DNA of 64,000 bases from Macrostomum lignano (taxonomy: Eukaryota). The stretch is from contig NIVC01000311.1 of assembly GCA_002269645.1 (NCBI GenBank), forward strand, positions 13,202 through 77,201, written 5' to 3'. The translations under genes and the position numbers were made by a program. This document shows, piece by piece, positions 13,226 to 26,395 of the stretch. The notes beneath the pieces were generated by a model. That model saw only the letters and a program-made list of their open reading frames with translations. It was not told the origin of the DNA and searched no databases. Each line of letters begins with the position of its first letter. Within the stretch, counting starts at the first letter, position 1.

Positions 13226-16200
13226 TTAAGTGGCTGAATTTTCACTCTCAGAAGCTTCCGCCTGTCCGGCCGGCCGGAACCGGGCCCGGAACTTGGCCAG
13301 CTGCTGCGGCGACATCAGCAGCCGCATCGCCAGCTGATCGCCGCCACCTTGGCTGGCGGGCACTGCGGACTCGACAGTCACGCCCTGCTGCTCCAGCCAG
13401 GTGTACAGCCGGGAGGCCGGGGAGCAGCGGAGACGCACGCGCTGGTAGCCCAGGCCGGAGATGAGCCGCGACTGCAGCCGCCGCTGCAGCTCGACCAGGT
13501 TCAGCCCCGTCTCGCATGACACCAGCAACGAGTCCTCTGGCGGAGCCGGCGACTCAGAGTCAGTCTGGTGGAAAATGGGATTGCGGGAAAGGGGATCACA
13601 CTGGGGAGAGGGGATCACACTGGGGAGAGGGGATCACACTGGGGAGAGGGGATCAGACTGGGGAGAGGGGATCACACTGGGGAGAGGGGATCAGACTGGG
13701 GAGAGGGGATCACACTGGGGAGAGGGGATCACACTGGGGAGAGGGGATCACACTGGGGAGAGGGGATCAGACTGGGGAGAGGGGATCACACTGGGGAGAC
13801 GGGATCACACTGGGGAGAGGGGATCACACTGGGGAGAGGGGATCACACTGGGGAGACGGGATCACACTGGGGAGAGGGGATCACACTGGGGAGATGGGAT
13901 CAGACTGGGGAGAGGGGATCACACTGGGGAGATGGGATCACACTGGGGAGAGGGGATCAGACTGGGGAGAGGGGATCACACTGGGGAGAGGGGATCAGAC
14001 TGGGGAGAGGGGATCACACTGGATCACACTGGGAGAGGGGATCAGACTGGGGAGAGGGGATCACACTGGGGAGAGGGGATCACACTGGGGAGAGGGGATC
14101 ACACTGGGGAGAGGGGATCACACTGGGGAGAGGGGATCAGACTGGGGAGAGGGGATCACACTGGGAGACGGGATCACACTGGGGAGAGGGGATCACACTG
14201 GGGAGAGGGGATCAGACTGGGGAGAGGGGATCACACTGGGGAGACGGGATCACACTGGGGAGAGGGGATCACACTGGGGAGAGGGGATCACACTGGGGAG
14301 ACGGGATCACACTGGGGAGAGGGGATCACACTGGGGAGATGGGATCAGACTGGGGAGAGGGGATCACACTGGGGAGATGGGATCACTGGGGAGAGGGGAT
14401 CACACTGGGGAGATGGGATCAGACTGTGGAGATGGGATCACTGGGGAGATGGGATCAGACTGGGGAGATGGGATCAGACTGGGGAGATGGGATCAGACTG
14501 GGGAGATGGGATCACACTGGGGAGATGGGATCAGACTGGGGAGATGGGATCAGACTGGGGAGATGGGATCACACTGGGGAGATGGGATCAGACTGGGGAG
14601 ATGGGATCAGACTGGGGAGAGGGGATCACACTGGGGAGAGGGGATCACACTGGGGAGATGGGATCAGACTGGGGAGATGGGATCACACTGGGGAGAGGGG
14701 ATCAGACTGCGGAGATGGGATCACTGGGGAGATGAGATCACACTGGGGAGATGGGATCAGACTGGGGAGATGGGATCAGACTGGGGAGAGGGGATCACAC
14801 TGGGGAGATGGGATCAGACTGGGGAGATGGGATCACACTGGGGAGATGGGATCAGACTGGGGAGATGGGATCAGACTGGGGAGATGGGATCACACTGGGG
14901 AGATGGGATCAGACTGGGGAGATGGGATCAGACTGGGGAGATGGGATCACACTGGGGAGATGGGATCAGACTGGGGAGATGGGATCACACTCGGGAGATG
15001 GGATCAGACTGGGGAAAAGGGGATCACACTGGGGAGATGGGATCACTGGGAAGATGGGATCACACTGGGGAGATGGGATCACACTGGGGAGATGGGATCA
15101 GACTGGGGAAAAGGGGATCACACTGGGGAGATGGGATCACTGGGGAGATGGGATCACACTGGGGAGATGGGATCAGACTGGGGAGATGGGATCAGACTGG
15201 GAGATGGGATCAGACTGGGGAGAGGGGATCAGACTGGGGAGATGGGATCAGACTGGGGAAAAGGGGATCACACTGGGGAGATGGGATCACTGGGGAGATG
15301 GGATCACACTGGGGAGATGAGATCACTGGGGAGACGAGATCAGACTGGGGAGATGGGATCAGACTGGGGAGAGGGGATCAGACTGGGGAGATGGGATCAG
15401 ACTGGGGAGATGGGATCAGACTGGGGAGATGGGATCAGACTGGGGAGATAGGATCAGACTGGGGAGAGGGGATCACACTGGGGAGAGGGGATCAGACTGG
15501 GGAGATGGGATCACACTGGGGAGAGGGGATCAGACTGGGGAGAGGGGATCACACTGGGCAGATGAGAGCAGACTGGGAAAAGCCCAGGCTCGCTCACCGA
15601 GTCCAGCAGCAGGTCGCACTTGTTGTAAACCGTCAGCATGCCGTTGCGCAGCTTCTCGGACAGTCCGAGTTTGTCCAGCGTGTCCGAAACTGTCCGGCAC
15701 CGTTCCGGCCAGTCCGGATCGCTGCAGTCGACCACGTGGAGCAGCTGGTCGGCGTCCAGCGAGTCGCGCAGGGTGCAGCGGAACGGAGCCACCAGGCTGG
15801 TGGGCAGGTCGGACAGGAAGCCGATGGTGTCCACCAGCAGGCAGGGGAGGCCGCACGGCAGGCGGCAGCGGTGGTGGCTGCTGTGCAGGGTGGCGAACAG
15901 CCGGTCCTCGGGCAGCAGAGACGACTTGCGGGCCAGCAGCGACACTAAAGAGGTCTTGCCGGCGTTGGTGTAGCCCACCACCGCCACAGTGGGCACCTGC
16001 GAATACAGATGGGTTGGGTTCAAGAATTTTTTCCTTCCCTCACCCTGCATCCCCAACCCTTTCTCTCACCCTGCATCCCCAACCCTTTCCCTCACTCTGC
16101 ATCCCCAACCCTTTCTCTCACCCTGCATCCCCAACCCTTTCTCTCACCCTGCATCCCCAACCCTTCCCCGACCCTGCATCCCCAACCCTTTCCCTCACCC

Positions 16201-18104
16201 TGCATCCCCAACCCTTCCCCGACCCTGCATCCCCAACCCTTTCCCTCACCCTGCATCCCCAACCCTTCCCCGACCCTGCATCCCCAACCCTTTCCCTCAC
16301 TCTGCATCCCCAACCCTTTCCCTCACCCTGCATCCCCAACCCTTCCCCGACCCTGCATCCCCAACCCTTTCACTCTGCATCCCCAACCCTTTCCCTCACC
16401 CTGCATCCCCAACCCCTTTTCACACCCTGCATCCCCAACCCCCAACCCCTTCCCTCACCCTGCATCCCAACCCCTTCTCACACCCTGCATCCCCAACCCC
16501 TTCCCTCACCCTGCATCCCCAACCCCTTCTCACACCCTGCATCCCCAACCCTTTCCCTCACCCTGCATCCCCAACCCCTTCTCACACCCTGCATCCCCAA
16601 CCCCCAACCCCTTCCCTCACCCTGCATCCCAACCCCTTCTCACACCCTGCATCCCCAACCCCTTCCCTCACCCTGCATCCCCAACCCCTTCTCACACCCT
16701 GCATCCCCAACCCTTTCCCTCACCCTGCATCCCCAACCCCTTCTCTCACCCTGCATCTCCAACCCTTTCTTTCACCTGTCGCCGCCGCGCCTCCCCCTTC
16801 GCGGTCTTCCTGGCCTCGATGTCAGCCAGTGCCGCCCGCAGCCTCTCCGCCTCGGCCTCCAAGGCGTCGAGGGCCCGCTGCCTGCCGGTGGCCTCAGAGG
16901 CGGCCCGGCCGGCGGCCACGGACTCCGGTGAGACGACGGCGGTGCGGGCGAGACGCAGGGGGATCTCGGCCAGCTGGATCTGCAGTTTGGACTCGCGCGA
17001 GGTCGCCCGGTCGTTGAATGCCTGCAGCACCACCGAGTAGCGGTCCAGCACCGGCCGGCGCCACTCCGCGGACAGGTTGTACGACTGCGGCGGGAGGGGC
17101 GCGGGGTTTTTGACTGGTGTGTGAACAATCTAAATAAATGTGTGAACACTGGGAAATGCGTGAACAATCTAGAGAAGACTGTGAACTATCCAAAGAAATA
17201 TGTGAATACACAAATTAGTAAACAATCCAGAGAAATGTGTGAACAATCCAGAGAAATGTGTGAATATTCCACAGAAACGTGCGAATAATTTAGCGATATG
17301 TGTGAATCATTAAGAGAAATGTGTGAATCATTTAGAGAAATGGGTGAATAATCCAGATAAATGTGTGAATAATCAAGAGAAATGTGTGAATCATTTAGAG
17401 AAATGCGTGAATAATTTAGAGAAATGTCTGCACAATTCAGATAAATGTGTGAACATTCAAAGAAAGTGTTAATAATTTAGAAAAAAATGAATAATTTAAA
17501 GAAATGTATGAAAAATCCATAGAAATGTGTGAACAATTCATAGAAATGTGTGCACATTCCATAGAAATGTGTGAACAATCCAGAAAAATGTGTGAAGATT
17601 CCAGAGAAACTTGTGAATATTCCAGAGAAATGTGTGAACAATCCAGAAAAATGTGTGAAGATTCCAGAGAAACTTGTGAATATTCCAGAGAAATGTGTGA
17701 ACAATCCAGAGCCAGCTCACCTGCATGCCGCTCAGCATGGCCACATTGACGAAGACGGCGGTCGCCTCGCTGCGCCGCACCTGGCTGGCGAGCTGGCTGT
17801 ACACCCCGCTGGTGAACACCCACTGGGTCCGCTGCTTCATGTTGACGCTGAGGCAGCCCGACACCGACCAGCCATCGATGGAGTTCACCAGAGCGCGCGC
17901 CTCGGCCAGCTGCCGCTCCGGCGGCACCGAGTCCCGGTGGCCCCGCAGCTTCCGGCGCAGAGGCTGGACGATCAAGACGCTGTGCCAGCGACGCGGCAGC
18001 TGCGGCCGAAGGCGCTGGCAGCGGCGGCAGGACTGAGCTGCGAGAAGCTGCAGTGCGGTAGGATCGAAAAATCCCCTGAGATCCCGTAGAACGGATTTGC
18101 TCAT
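13226..18104 (-). CDS. GTPBP6: HflX-family GTPase GTPBP6; exons (minus) 18104-17721, 17084-16776, 15996-15598, 13564-13226
   Basis: HflX N-domain motifs VLDRYSVVLQAFNDRATSRESKLQIQLAEIP; G1 VAVVGYTNAGKTSL; G2 EDRLFATL; G3 LVDTIGF; G4 VYNKCD; SCETG tail. GT-AG phase-0 introns join the exons in frame. Confidence 0.93.
13591..15558. repeat. Minisatellite, 19-bp unit (GGGGATCACACTGGGGAGA), filling GTPBP6 intron 3
   Basis: Direct tandem periodicity; source of the long spurious GEGITLGR ORFs. Confidence 0.96.
16038..16765. repeat. Minisatellite, about 26-bp unit (TCACCCTGCATCCCCAACCCTTTCCC), filling GTPBP6 intron 2
   Basis: Direct tandem periodicity. Confidence 0.95.
17120..17710. repeat. Degenerate minisatellite, 21-bp unit (AGAAATGTGTGAACAATCCAG), GTPBP6 intron 1
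   Basis: Tandem periodicity, more degenerate in the middle. Confidence 0.85.
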
Positions 18105-18349
18105 AGCCAGCGGTTCTGCTAGATGCAGATCGCAATGAGATTAACTGGACCGCTTTTGGGACAAAACATTTCTTGTAGAGAAGAGGCCGGACTCGTGTCA
18201 ACATCCAATGTCAATATGTACGAGAATGTCTCACGAAGTCTAATGAATTATGGACACTGGATCTAATAGATCAGGGTTCCACTTTCTAAGAGATGTGAGT
18301 CCATAGACTAATCCATAGACTAACCTAGACTATATAGACTAATCCATAG

Positions 18350-19568
18350 ACTATTAGTCATAGACTAATAGATCAGGGTGCCATAGTCTAATAGCTCAGA
18401 GAGCCACAATCTAATAGATCAAGGTGCTATAGTCTAATAGCTCAGAGTGCCACAATCTAATAGATCAGGGTGCCATAGTCTAATAGATCAAGGTGCCACA
18501 GTCTAATAGATCAGGGTGCCATAGTCTATTAGATCAGGGTGCCATAGTCTAATAGCTCAGAGAGCCACAATCTAATAGATCAAGGTGCTATAGTCTAATA
18601 GCTCAGAGTGCCACAATCTAATAGATCAGGGTGCCATAGTCTATTAGATCAGGGTGCCATAGTCTAATAGCTCAGAGTGCCACAATCTAATAGATCAAGG
18701 TGCCATAGTCTAATAGCTCAGAGTGCCACAATCTAATAGATCAAGGTGCTATAGTCTAATAGCTCAGAGTGCCACAATCTAATAGATCAAGGTGCTATAG
18801 TCTAATAGATCAGGGTGCCATAGTCTAATAGATCAGGGTGCCATAGTCTAATAGATCAAGGTGCCACAATCTAATAGATCAAGGTGCCACAGTCTAATAG
18901 ATCAGGGTGCCACAGTCTAATAGATCAAGGTGCCACAGTCTAATAGATCAGGGTGCCACAGTCTAATAGATCAAGGTGCCATAGTCTAATAGATCAGGGT
19001 ACCATAGTCTAATAGATCAAAGTGCCACAGTCAAATAGATCAGGGTGCCACAGTCTAATAGATCAAGGTGCCATAGTCTAATAGATCAAGGTGCCATAGT
19101 CTAATAGATCAAGGTGCCACAGTCTAATAGATCAGGGTGCCACAGTCTAATAGATCAAGGTGCCACAGTCTAATAGATCAGGGTGCCACAGTCTAATAGA
19201 TCAAGGTGCCATAGTCTAATAGATCAGGGTACCATAGTCTAATAGATCAAAGTGCCACAGTCTAATAGATCAGGGTGCCATAGTCTAATAGATCAAGGTG
19301 CCACAGTCTAATAGATCAGGGTGCCACAGTCTAATAGATCAGGGTGCCACAGTCTAATAGATCAAGGTGCCACAGTCTAATAGATCAGGGTGCCACAGTC
19401 TAATAGATCAAGGTGCCATAGTCTAATAGATCAGGGTACCATAGTCTAATAGATCAAAGTGCCACAGTCTAATAGATCAGGGTGCCATAGTCTAATAGAT
19501 CAAGGTGCCACAGTCTAATAGATCAGGGTGCCACAGTCTAATAGATCAAGGTGCCACAGTCTAATAGA
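18350..19568. repeat. Minisatellite, 23-bp unit (GTCTAATAGATCAGGGTGCCAYA)
   Basis: Direct tandem periodicity. Confidence 0.95.
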
Positions 19569-19954
19569 TCAGGTTACCAAACGGTCTTGGATACAGCAAG
19601 CCGAGAAAACAAAGGCAGACACAAGGCAATTTTCAATATTAATAAACCTGTCTAGATGTGCAAATATTAATAATTTCCAAGTCACAGAGATGGAAAGCTG
19701 GCTGACAAAATAAAACAGTATATTTCTTGTATTCCATTTGCTGATCTGCCGCGTCCCAAATAATAACCAGGCCAAATGCAGCGCAGGTGAGCATAAGCCT
19801 AAAGCATTTCATCATAGATCTACTGGTGCAATAAGATTGATCAAGGCAGCACTGCTGAGCTCTTTGTGATTGCAAGTTTCGGTGTACAGTATGGCAACTC
19901 AAGTTTGCAAGCAAGTTACGGGTTGGATCAAAAGGCAGAGAACGATTCCTGACG

Positions 19955-21730
19955 ATTCTGATGGTCAGGGGTCCCGATTCTGATGGTCAGGGAGTCCCGA
20001 TTCTGATGGTCAGGTGTCCCGATTCTGATGGTCAGGGAGTCCCGATTCTGATGGTCAGGTGTCCCGATTCTAATGGTCAGGGTCCTGTTTCTGATGGTCA
20101 GGGGTCCTGTTTCTGATGGTCAGGGGTACCGATTCTGATGGTCAGGGGTCCTGTTTCTGATGGTCAGGGGTCCCGATTTTAATGGTCAGGCTCCTGTTTC
20201 TGATGGTGAGGGGTCCTGTTTCTGATGGTCAGGGGTCCCGATTTTAATGGTCAGGCTCCTGTTTCTGATGGTAAGGGGTCCTGTTTCTGATGGTCAGGGG
20301 TCCCGATTTTAATGGTCAGGCTCCTGTTTCTGATGGTGAGGGGTCCTGTTTCTGATGGTCAGGGGTCCCGATTTTAATGGTCAGGCTCCTGTTTCTGATG
20401 GTGAGGGGTCCTGTTTCTGATGGTCAGGGGTACCGATTTTAATAGTCAGGGTCCTGTTTCTGATGGTCAGGGGTCCTGTTTCTGATGGTCAGGGGTCCTG
20501 TTTCTGATGGTCAGGGGTCTCGATTTTAATGGTCAGGGGTCCCGATTCTAATGGTCAGGCGCACTTATTCTGATGGTCAGGGGTCACGATTCTGATGGTC
20601 AGGGGTACCGATTCTGATGGTCAGGGGTACCGATTTTAATGGTCAGGGGTCCCGATTCTAATGGTCAGGCGCACTTATTCTGATGGTCAGGGGTACCGAT
20701 TCTGATGGTCAGGCGCACTTATTCTGATGGTCAGGGGTCCCGATTCTGATGGTCAGGCGCACTTATTCTGATGGTCAGAAGTACCGATTATAATAGTCAG
20801 GCGCACTTATTCTGATGGTCAGGGGTACCGATTCTAATGTGCAGGGGTACCGATTCTGATGGTCAGGGGTCCCGATTCTAATGGTCAGGCGCACTTATTC
20901 TGATGGTCAGGGGTCCCGATTCTGATGGTCAGGCGCACTTATTCTGATGGTCAGAAGTACCGATTATAATAGTCAGGCGCACTTATTCTGATGGTCAGGG
21001 GTACCGATTCTAATGTACAGGGGTACCGATTCTGATGGTCAGGGGTCCCGATTCTAATGGTCAGGCGCACTTATTCTGATGGTCAGGGGTCCCGATTCTG
21101 ATGGTCAGGCGCACTTATTCTGATGGTCAGAAGTACCGATTATAATAGTCAGGCGCACTTATTCTGATGGTCAGGGGTACCGATTCTAATGTACAGGGGT
21201 ACCGATTCTGATGGTCAGGGGTCCCGATTCTAATGGTCAGGCGCACTTATTCTGATGGTCAGGGGTCCCGATTCTGATGGTCAGGCGCACTTATTCTGAT
21301 GGTCAGAAGTACCGATTATAATAGTCAGGCGCACTTATTCTAATGGTCAGGGGTCCCGATTCTGATGGTCAGGGGTCCCGATTCTGATAGTCAGGGGTCC
21401 CGATTCTGATGGTCAGGCGCACTTATTCTGATGGTCAGGGGTACCGATTCTGATGGTCAGGGGTACCGATTCTGATGGTCAGGCGCACTTATTCTGATGG
21501 TCAGGGGTCCCGATTCTGATGGTCAGGGGTACCGATTCTGATGGTCAGGCGCACTTATTCTGATGGTCAGGGGTCCCGATTCTGATGGTCAGGGGTACCG
21601 ATTCTGATGGTCAGACGCAATTCTTCTAATGGTCAGGGGTCCCGATTCTAATGTACAGGGGTCCTGTTTCTGATGGTCAGGGGTCCCGATTCTGATGGTC
21701 GGGCGCACTTATTCTGATGGTCAGGGGTCC
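19955..21730. repeat. Minisatellite, 22-bp unit (TTCTGATGGTCAGGGGTCCCGA), downstream of the GABP-beta-like stop
   Basis: Direct tandem periodicity with higher-order variant blocks. Confidence 0.95.
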
Positions 21731-21888
21731 CAGTTCTTGTAATCATCCACAGAGGCACCAAAAACCTGACCAGGAGACCCTAACAAGAACAATTATTAAC
21801 CAAAGCGAGAGTGAATTAAAAAACTTGAGTCAGAGCTCCAGCACTGAGCCAGTACAGGGGCGGGCGGGGGCAGTCCAGTTAGGCCCTG

Positions 21889-24800
21889 CTAGGACTCCGA
21901 GCAGGACTGCAGGTGCTCCAGCAGCTGGCAGTCGACCCGGAACGCGGACACAACCAGGCGCGAGGCCGATTCCTCGTGAGTGGCACGCAGGTTCACAACG
22001 GAGCCGTCGGTGTCATAAAACCAGCCCAGCAGAGACGACCCGTACATTGCCGTCACGCGCAGGCCCAGGCTCGACAGGTGGGCGGGCACCTGGAAAATAT
22101 TGTTTGGGGGAGCTTTGTCACACTGGCGTCACGGCCTTCTTGATGGCGCCCATGCGGTCACAGAGCACTGAGATGAGCACCCAGCCCGGTCATAGAGCAC
22201 TGAGAGGAGCACCCAGCCCGGTCACACTGAGATGAGCACCCAGCCCGGTCACACTGAGATGAGCACCCAGCCCGGTCACAGAGCACTGAGATGAGCACCC
22301 AGCCCGATAACACTGAGATGAGCACCCAGCCCGGTCACACTGAGATGAGCACCCAGCCCGGTCACACTGAGATGAGCACCCAGCCCGGTCACAGAGCACT
22401 GAGATGAGCACCCAGCCCGATCACACTGAGATGAGCACCCAGCCCGGTCACACTGAGATGAGCACCCAGCCCGGTCACAGAGCTCTGAGATGAGCACTTA
22501 GCCCGGTCACTCTGAGATGAGCACCCAGCCCGGTCACACTGAGATGAGCACCCAGCCCGGTCACAGAGCTCTGAGATGAGCACCCAGCCCGGTCACTCTG
22601 AGATGAGCACCCAGCCCGGTCACAGAGCTCTGAGATGAGCACCCAGCCCGGTCACTCTGAGATGAGCACCCAGCCCGGTCACACTGAGATGAGCACCCAG
22701 CCCGGTCACAGAGCACTGAGATGAGCACCCAGCCCGATCACACTGAGATGAGCACCCAGCCCGGTCACACTGAGATGAGCACCCAGCCCGGTCACAGAGC
22801 TCTGAGATGAGCACCCAGCCCGGTCACTCTGAGATGAGCACCCAGCCCGGTCACACTGAGATGAGCACCCAGCCCGGTCACAGAGCTCTGAGATGAGCAC
22901 CCAGCCCGGTCACTCTGAGATGAGCACCCAGCCCGGTCACAGAGCTCTGAGATGAGCACCCAGCCCGGTCACTCTGAGATGAGCACCCAGCCCGTCACAC
23001 TGAGATGAGCACCCAGCCCGTCACACTGAGATGAGCACCCAGCCCGGTCACTCTGAGATGAGCACCCAGCCCGGTCACACTGAGATGAACACCCAGCCCG
23101 TCACACTGAGATAAGCACCCAGCCCGGTCACTCTGAGATGAGCACCCAGCCCGTCACACTGAGATGAGCACCCAGCCCGTCACACTGAGATGAGCACCCA
23201 GCCGAACCTGGGCGATCCCGCAGCCGGCAGGCAGCCAGACGGACAGCGGGTCGCCATTCCCCTGATCTGCCAGCTCCTGCAGCCGCATCCGCAGCTCCAG
23301 CCCGGACGTGGCAGATGTGGCCGATGAAGCCGCTGAAGCTGGCGAATCGCTCTCGGCCTGCTGCTGCAGTGAAGACTCAGCCGGCTGCTCGAACTGGATG
23401 TCACCAAGGTCGTCCAGCAGCCCCAGACCTGCGTCGGTGGCGTCGTCAACGCCCGGCCAGCGGCAGGCCTCCGTCAGCGATTCGTCGACGTCGATGCAGC
23501 CAGGTTCGACGACGGGCGGGCCCAGAGACCGGCTGCCGTTTGTGGCGAAGTCGGACAGCAGCGCGGCGCAGCCCAGGCCGGCGTGGCCCAGCGACTCGGC
23601 CACCTGCAGGGGCGTCTGGCCGAACTTGTTCACCGGGCTGTGCTGTGCGCCCGCCCGCAGCAGCAAGTCCACAATGGCCGGCCTGGGGACGCGGGAATGG
23701 GGATGGCGGGTGTCACCTCTGACACAATCCTGTCAGACTGAATATCTGACACAATCCTGTCAGACTGTGAATATCTGACACAATCCTGTCAGACTGTGAA
23801 TATCTGACACAATCCTGTCAGACTGTGAATATCTGACACAATCCTGTCAGACTGTGAATATCTGACACAATCCTGTCAGACTGTGAATATGACACAATCC
23901 TGTCAGGCTGTGAATATCTGACACAACCCTTTCAGACTGTCAATATCTGACACAATCCTGTCAGACCAATCAGAGAACATCTGACACAATCCTGTCAGAC
24001 TGTGAATATCTGACACAATCCTGTCAGACTGTGAATATGACACAATCCTGTCAGGCTGTGAATATCTGACACAACCCTTTCAGACTGTCAATATCTGACA
24101 CAATCCTGTCAGACCAATCAGAGAACATCTGACACAAGCCTGTCAGACCAATCAGCGAATATCTGACACAAGCCTGTCAGACCAATCAGAGAACATCTGA
24201 CACAAGCCTGTCAGACCAACCAGTGAACATCTGACACAATCCTGTCAGACCAACCAGTGAACATCTGACACAATCCTGTCAGACCAATCAGTGAACATCT
24301 GACACAATCCTGTCAGACCAATCAGTGAAAATCTAACACAATCCTGTCAGACCAATCAGTGAACATCTGACCAATCAGTGAACATCTGACACAAGCCTGT
24401 CAGACCAATCAGTGAACATCTGACCAATCAGTGAAAATCTAACACAATCCTGTCAGACCAATCAGTGAACATCTGACCAATCAGTGAACATCTGACACAA
24501 GCCTGTCAGACCAATCAGTGAACATCTGACCAATCAGTGAAAATCTAACACAATCCTGTCAGACCAATCAGTGAACATCTGACCAATCAGTGAACATCTG
24601 ACACAAGCCTGTCAGACTAATCTGTGAATATCTGACCAATCAGTGAACATCTGACACAAGCCTGTCAGACCAATCAGTGAATATCTGACACAAGCCTGTC
24701 AGACCAATCAGTGAATATCTGACACAAGCCTGTCAGACCAATCAGTGAATATCTGACACAAGCCTGTCAGATCAATCAGTGAACATCTGACACAAGCCTG

Positions 24801-26213
24801 TCAGACCAATCTGTGAATATCTGACCAATCAGTGAACATCTGACACAAGCCTGTCAGACCAATCAGTGAATATCTGACACAAGCCTGTCAGACCAATCAG
24901 AGAATATCTGACACAAGCCTGTCAGACCAATCAGTGAATATCTGACACAAGCCTGTCAGACCAATCAGAGAATATCTGACACAAGCCTGTCAGACCAACC
25001 AGTGAACATCTGACACAAGCCTGTCAGACCAATCAGTGAATATCTGACACAAGCCTGTCAGGCCAATCAGTGAACATCTGACACAAGCCTGTCAGACCAA
25101 TCAGTGAACATCTGACACAATCCTGTCAGACCAATCAGTGAATATCTGACACAAGCCTGTCAGACCAATCAGAGAATATCTGACACAAGCCTGTCAGACC
25201 AATCAGAGAACATCTGACACAAGCCTGTCAGACCAATCAGAGAATATCTGACACAAGCCTGTCAGACCAACCAGTGAACATCTGACACAATCCTGTCAGA
25301 CCAATCAGTGAACATCTGACACAATCCTGTCAGACCATCCAGAGAACATCTGACACAAGCCTGTCAGACCAATCAGTGAACATCTGACACAAGCCTGTCA
25401 GACCAATCAGTGAACATCTGACACAAGCCTGTCAGACCAATCAGTGAACATCTGACCAATCAGTGAACATCTGACACAAGCCTGTCAGACCAATCTGTGA
25501 ATATCTGACACAAGCCTGTCAGTCATTTCCCAATCCACCTACCAGTTGCCCTGGCAGGCGCAGTGCAGCGGCCGGTTGCGCAGGAAGTCCTCGCTGTCCG
25601 GATCCGCCCCGGAGTCCAGCAGCAGCCTGGCAACATCGCCGTGCCCGCCCGCCGCGGCCAGGTGCAGCGGGGTGCGGCCCACTTTATTGCGCGCATCGGC
25701 CTGGAAGCTGTGGGCCAGCAGGCGGCGGCAGATGGCCAGGTGGCCGCTCCGGGCGGCCTGGTGCAAGGCAGTGAAGCCCAGCCAGTCGCTGGAGTGCGGC
25801 ACGTTGGACTCCAGCAGGCTGCTCACCTGGGCCAGGTCGCCAGCCTCGGCGTAGGCGTTCAAGCAGCCGCCGAGATTCTTGGCCAGCTCCAGCGGCTTGT
25901 CGTCTTCTTCGTCTGGCTGCTGCTTCACCAGAGGAGTCTGCTGCTCCTGCTCAGCCAATTGCTGCTTCCGCTGTCTGATGCGCCACCTGCAGCCGCTGCG
26001 GCCCTGCATCCGCTGGGAGGCCGCGGCTGCAGAGGCAGCAGCGACAGCTGTGATGGAGGCGGCAGGGTTGAGCAGTGAGGGATCGGCGGCGAGGGACCCC
26101 AGCATTGGACTGCCTGCCTGCTGCTGCTGCTCCTGCGAATATTGCTGCTCCTGCAGAAGCAACTGCTGCTGGAACAATTTCTGTTGCTGCTGCACTGCTT
26201 CTAGTGGCATCAA
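21889..26213 (-). CDS. GABPB: GA-binding protein beta-like ankyrin-repeat protein; exons (minus) 26213-25543, 23682-23208, 22089-21889
   Basis: [17 protein letters not shown]...[19 protein letters not shown]...[29 protein letters not shown]...NKFGQTPL matches GABPB (TDWLGTSPLHLAAQYGH..DARTKVDRTPLHMAASEGH..KDMLKMTALHWA..SKFCKTAF). GT-AG introns are in phase (TG|G Trp across intron 1). Confidence 0.82.
22161..23200. repeat. Minisatellite, 27-bp unit (TGAGATGAGCACCCAGCCCGGTCACAC), filling GABPB-like intron 2
   Basis: Direct tandem periodicity. Confidence 0.95.
23718..25521. repeat. Minisatellite, 29-34-bp unit (TCTGACACAAKCCTGTCAGACCAATCAGTGAATA), filling GABPB-like intron 1
   Basis: Direct tandem periodicity; each unit contains a small palindrome TCTGAC...GTCAGA. 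Confidence 0.95.
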
Positions 26214-26395
26214 TTAGTGGGCATTTGCAGATATATTATTTGTTATATTTATTTTGCTAACAAAAATGTCAACAAATACTTATCAAAGAAGACACATTTA
26301 TAAATGACACTCTAAGCCTGGAATAGCACAAGTACAAGTGTTATAAATTCATATAGAAAATAGAAAAAATGTGTACAATAATAATAATAATTGAT

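Noticed and set aside
13461-17040. Long ORFs of 340-810 aa (GEGITLGR.., PCIPNP..)
   Set aside because: Translations of stop-free intronic minisatellites antisense to GTPBP6; they lie exactly in GT-AG introns whose removal gives an intact GTPase.
1-25521. Regularly spaced repeats suggesting CRISPR arrays
   Set aside because: Units are head-to-tail with no unique spacers, there are no cas genes, and the context is eukaryotic.
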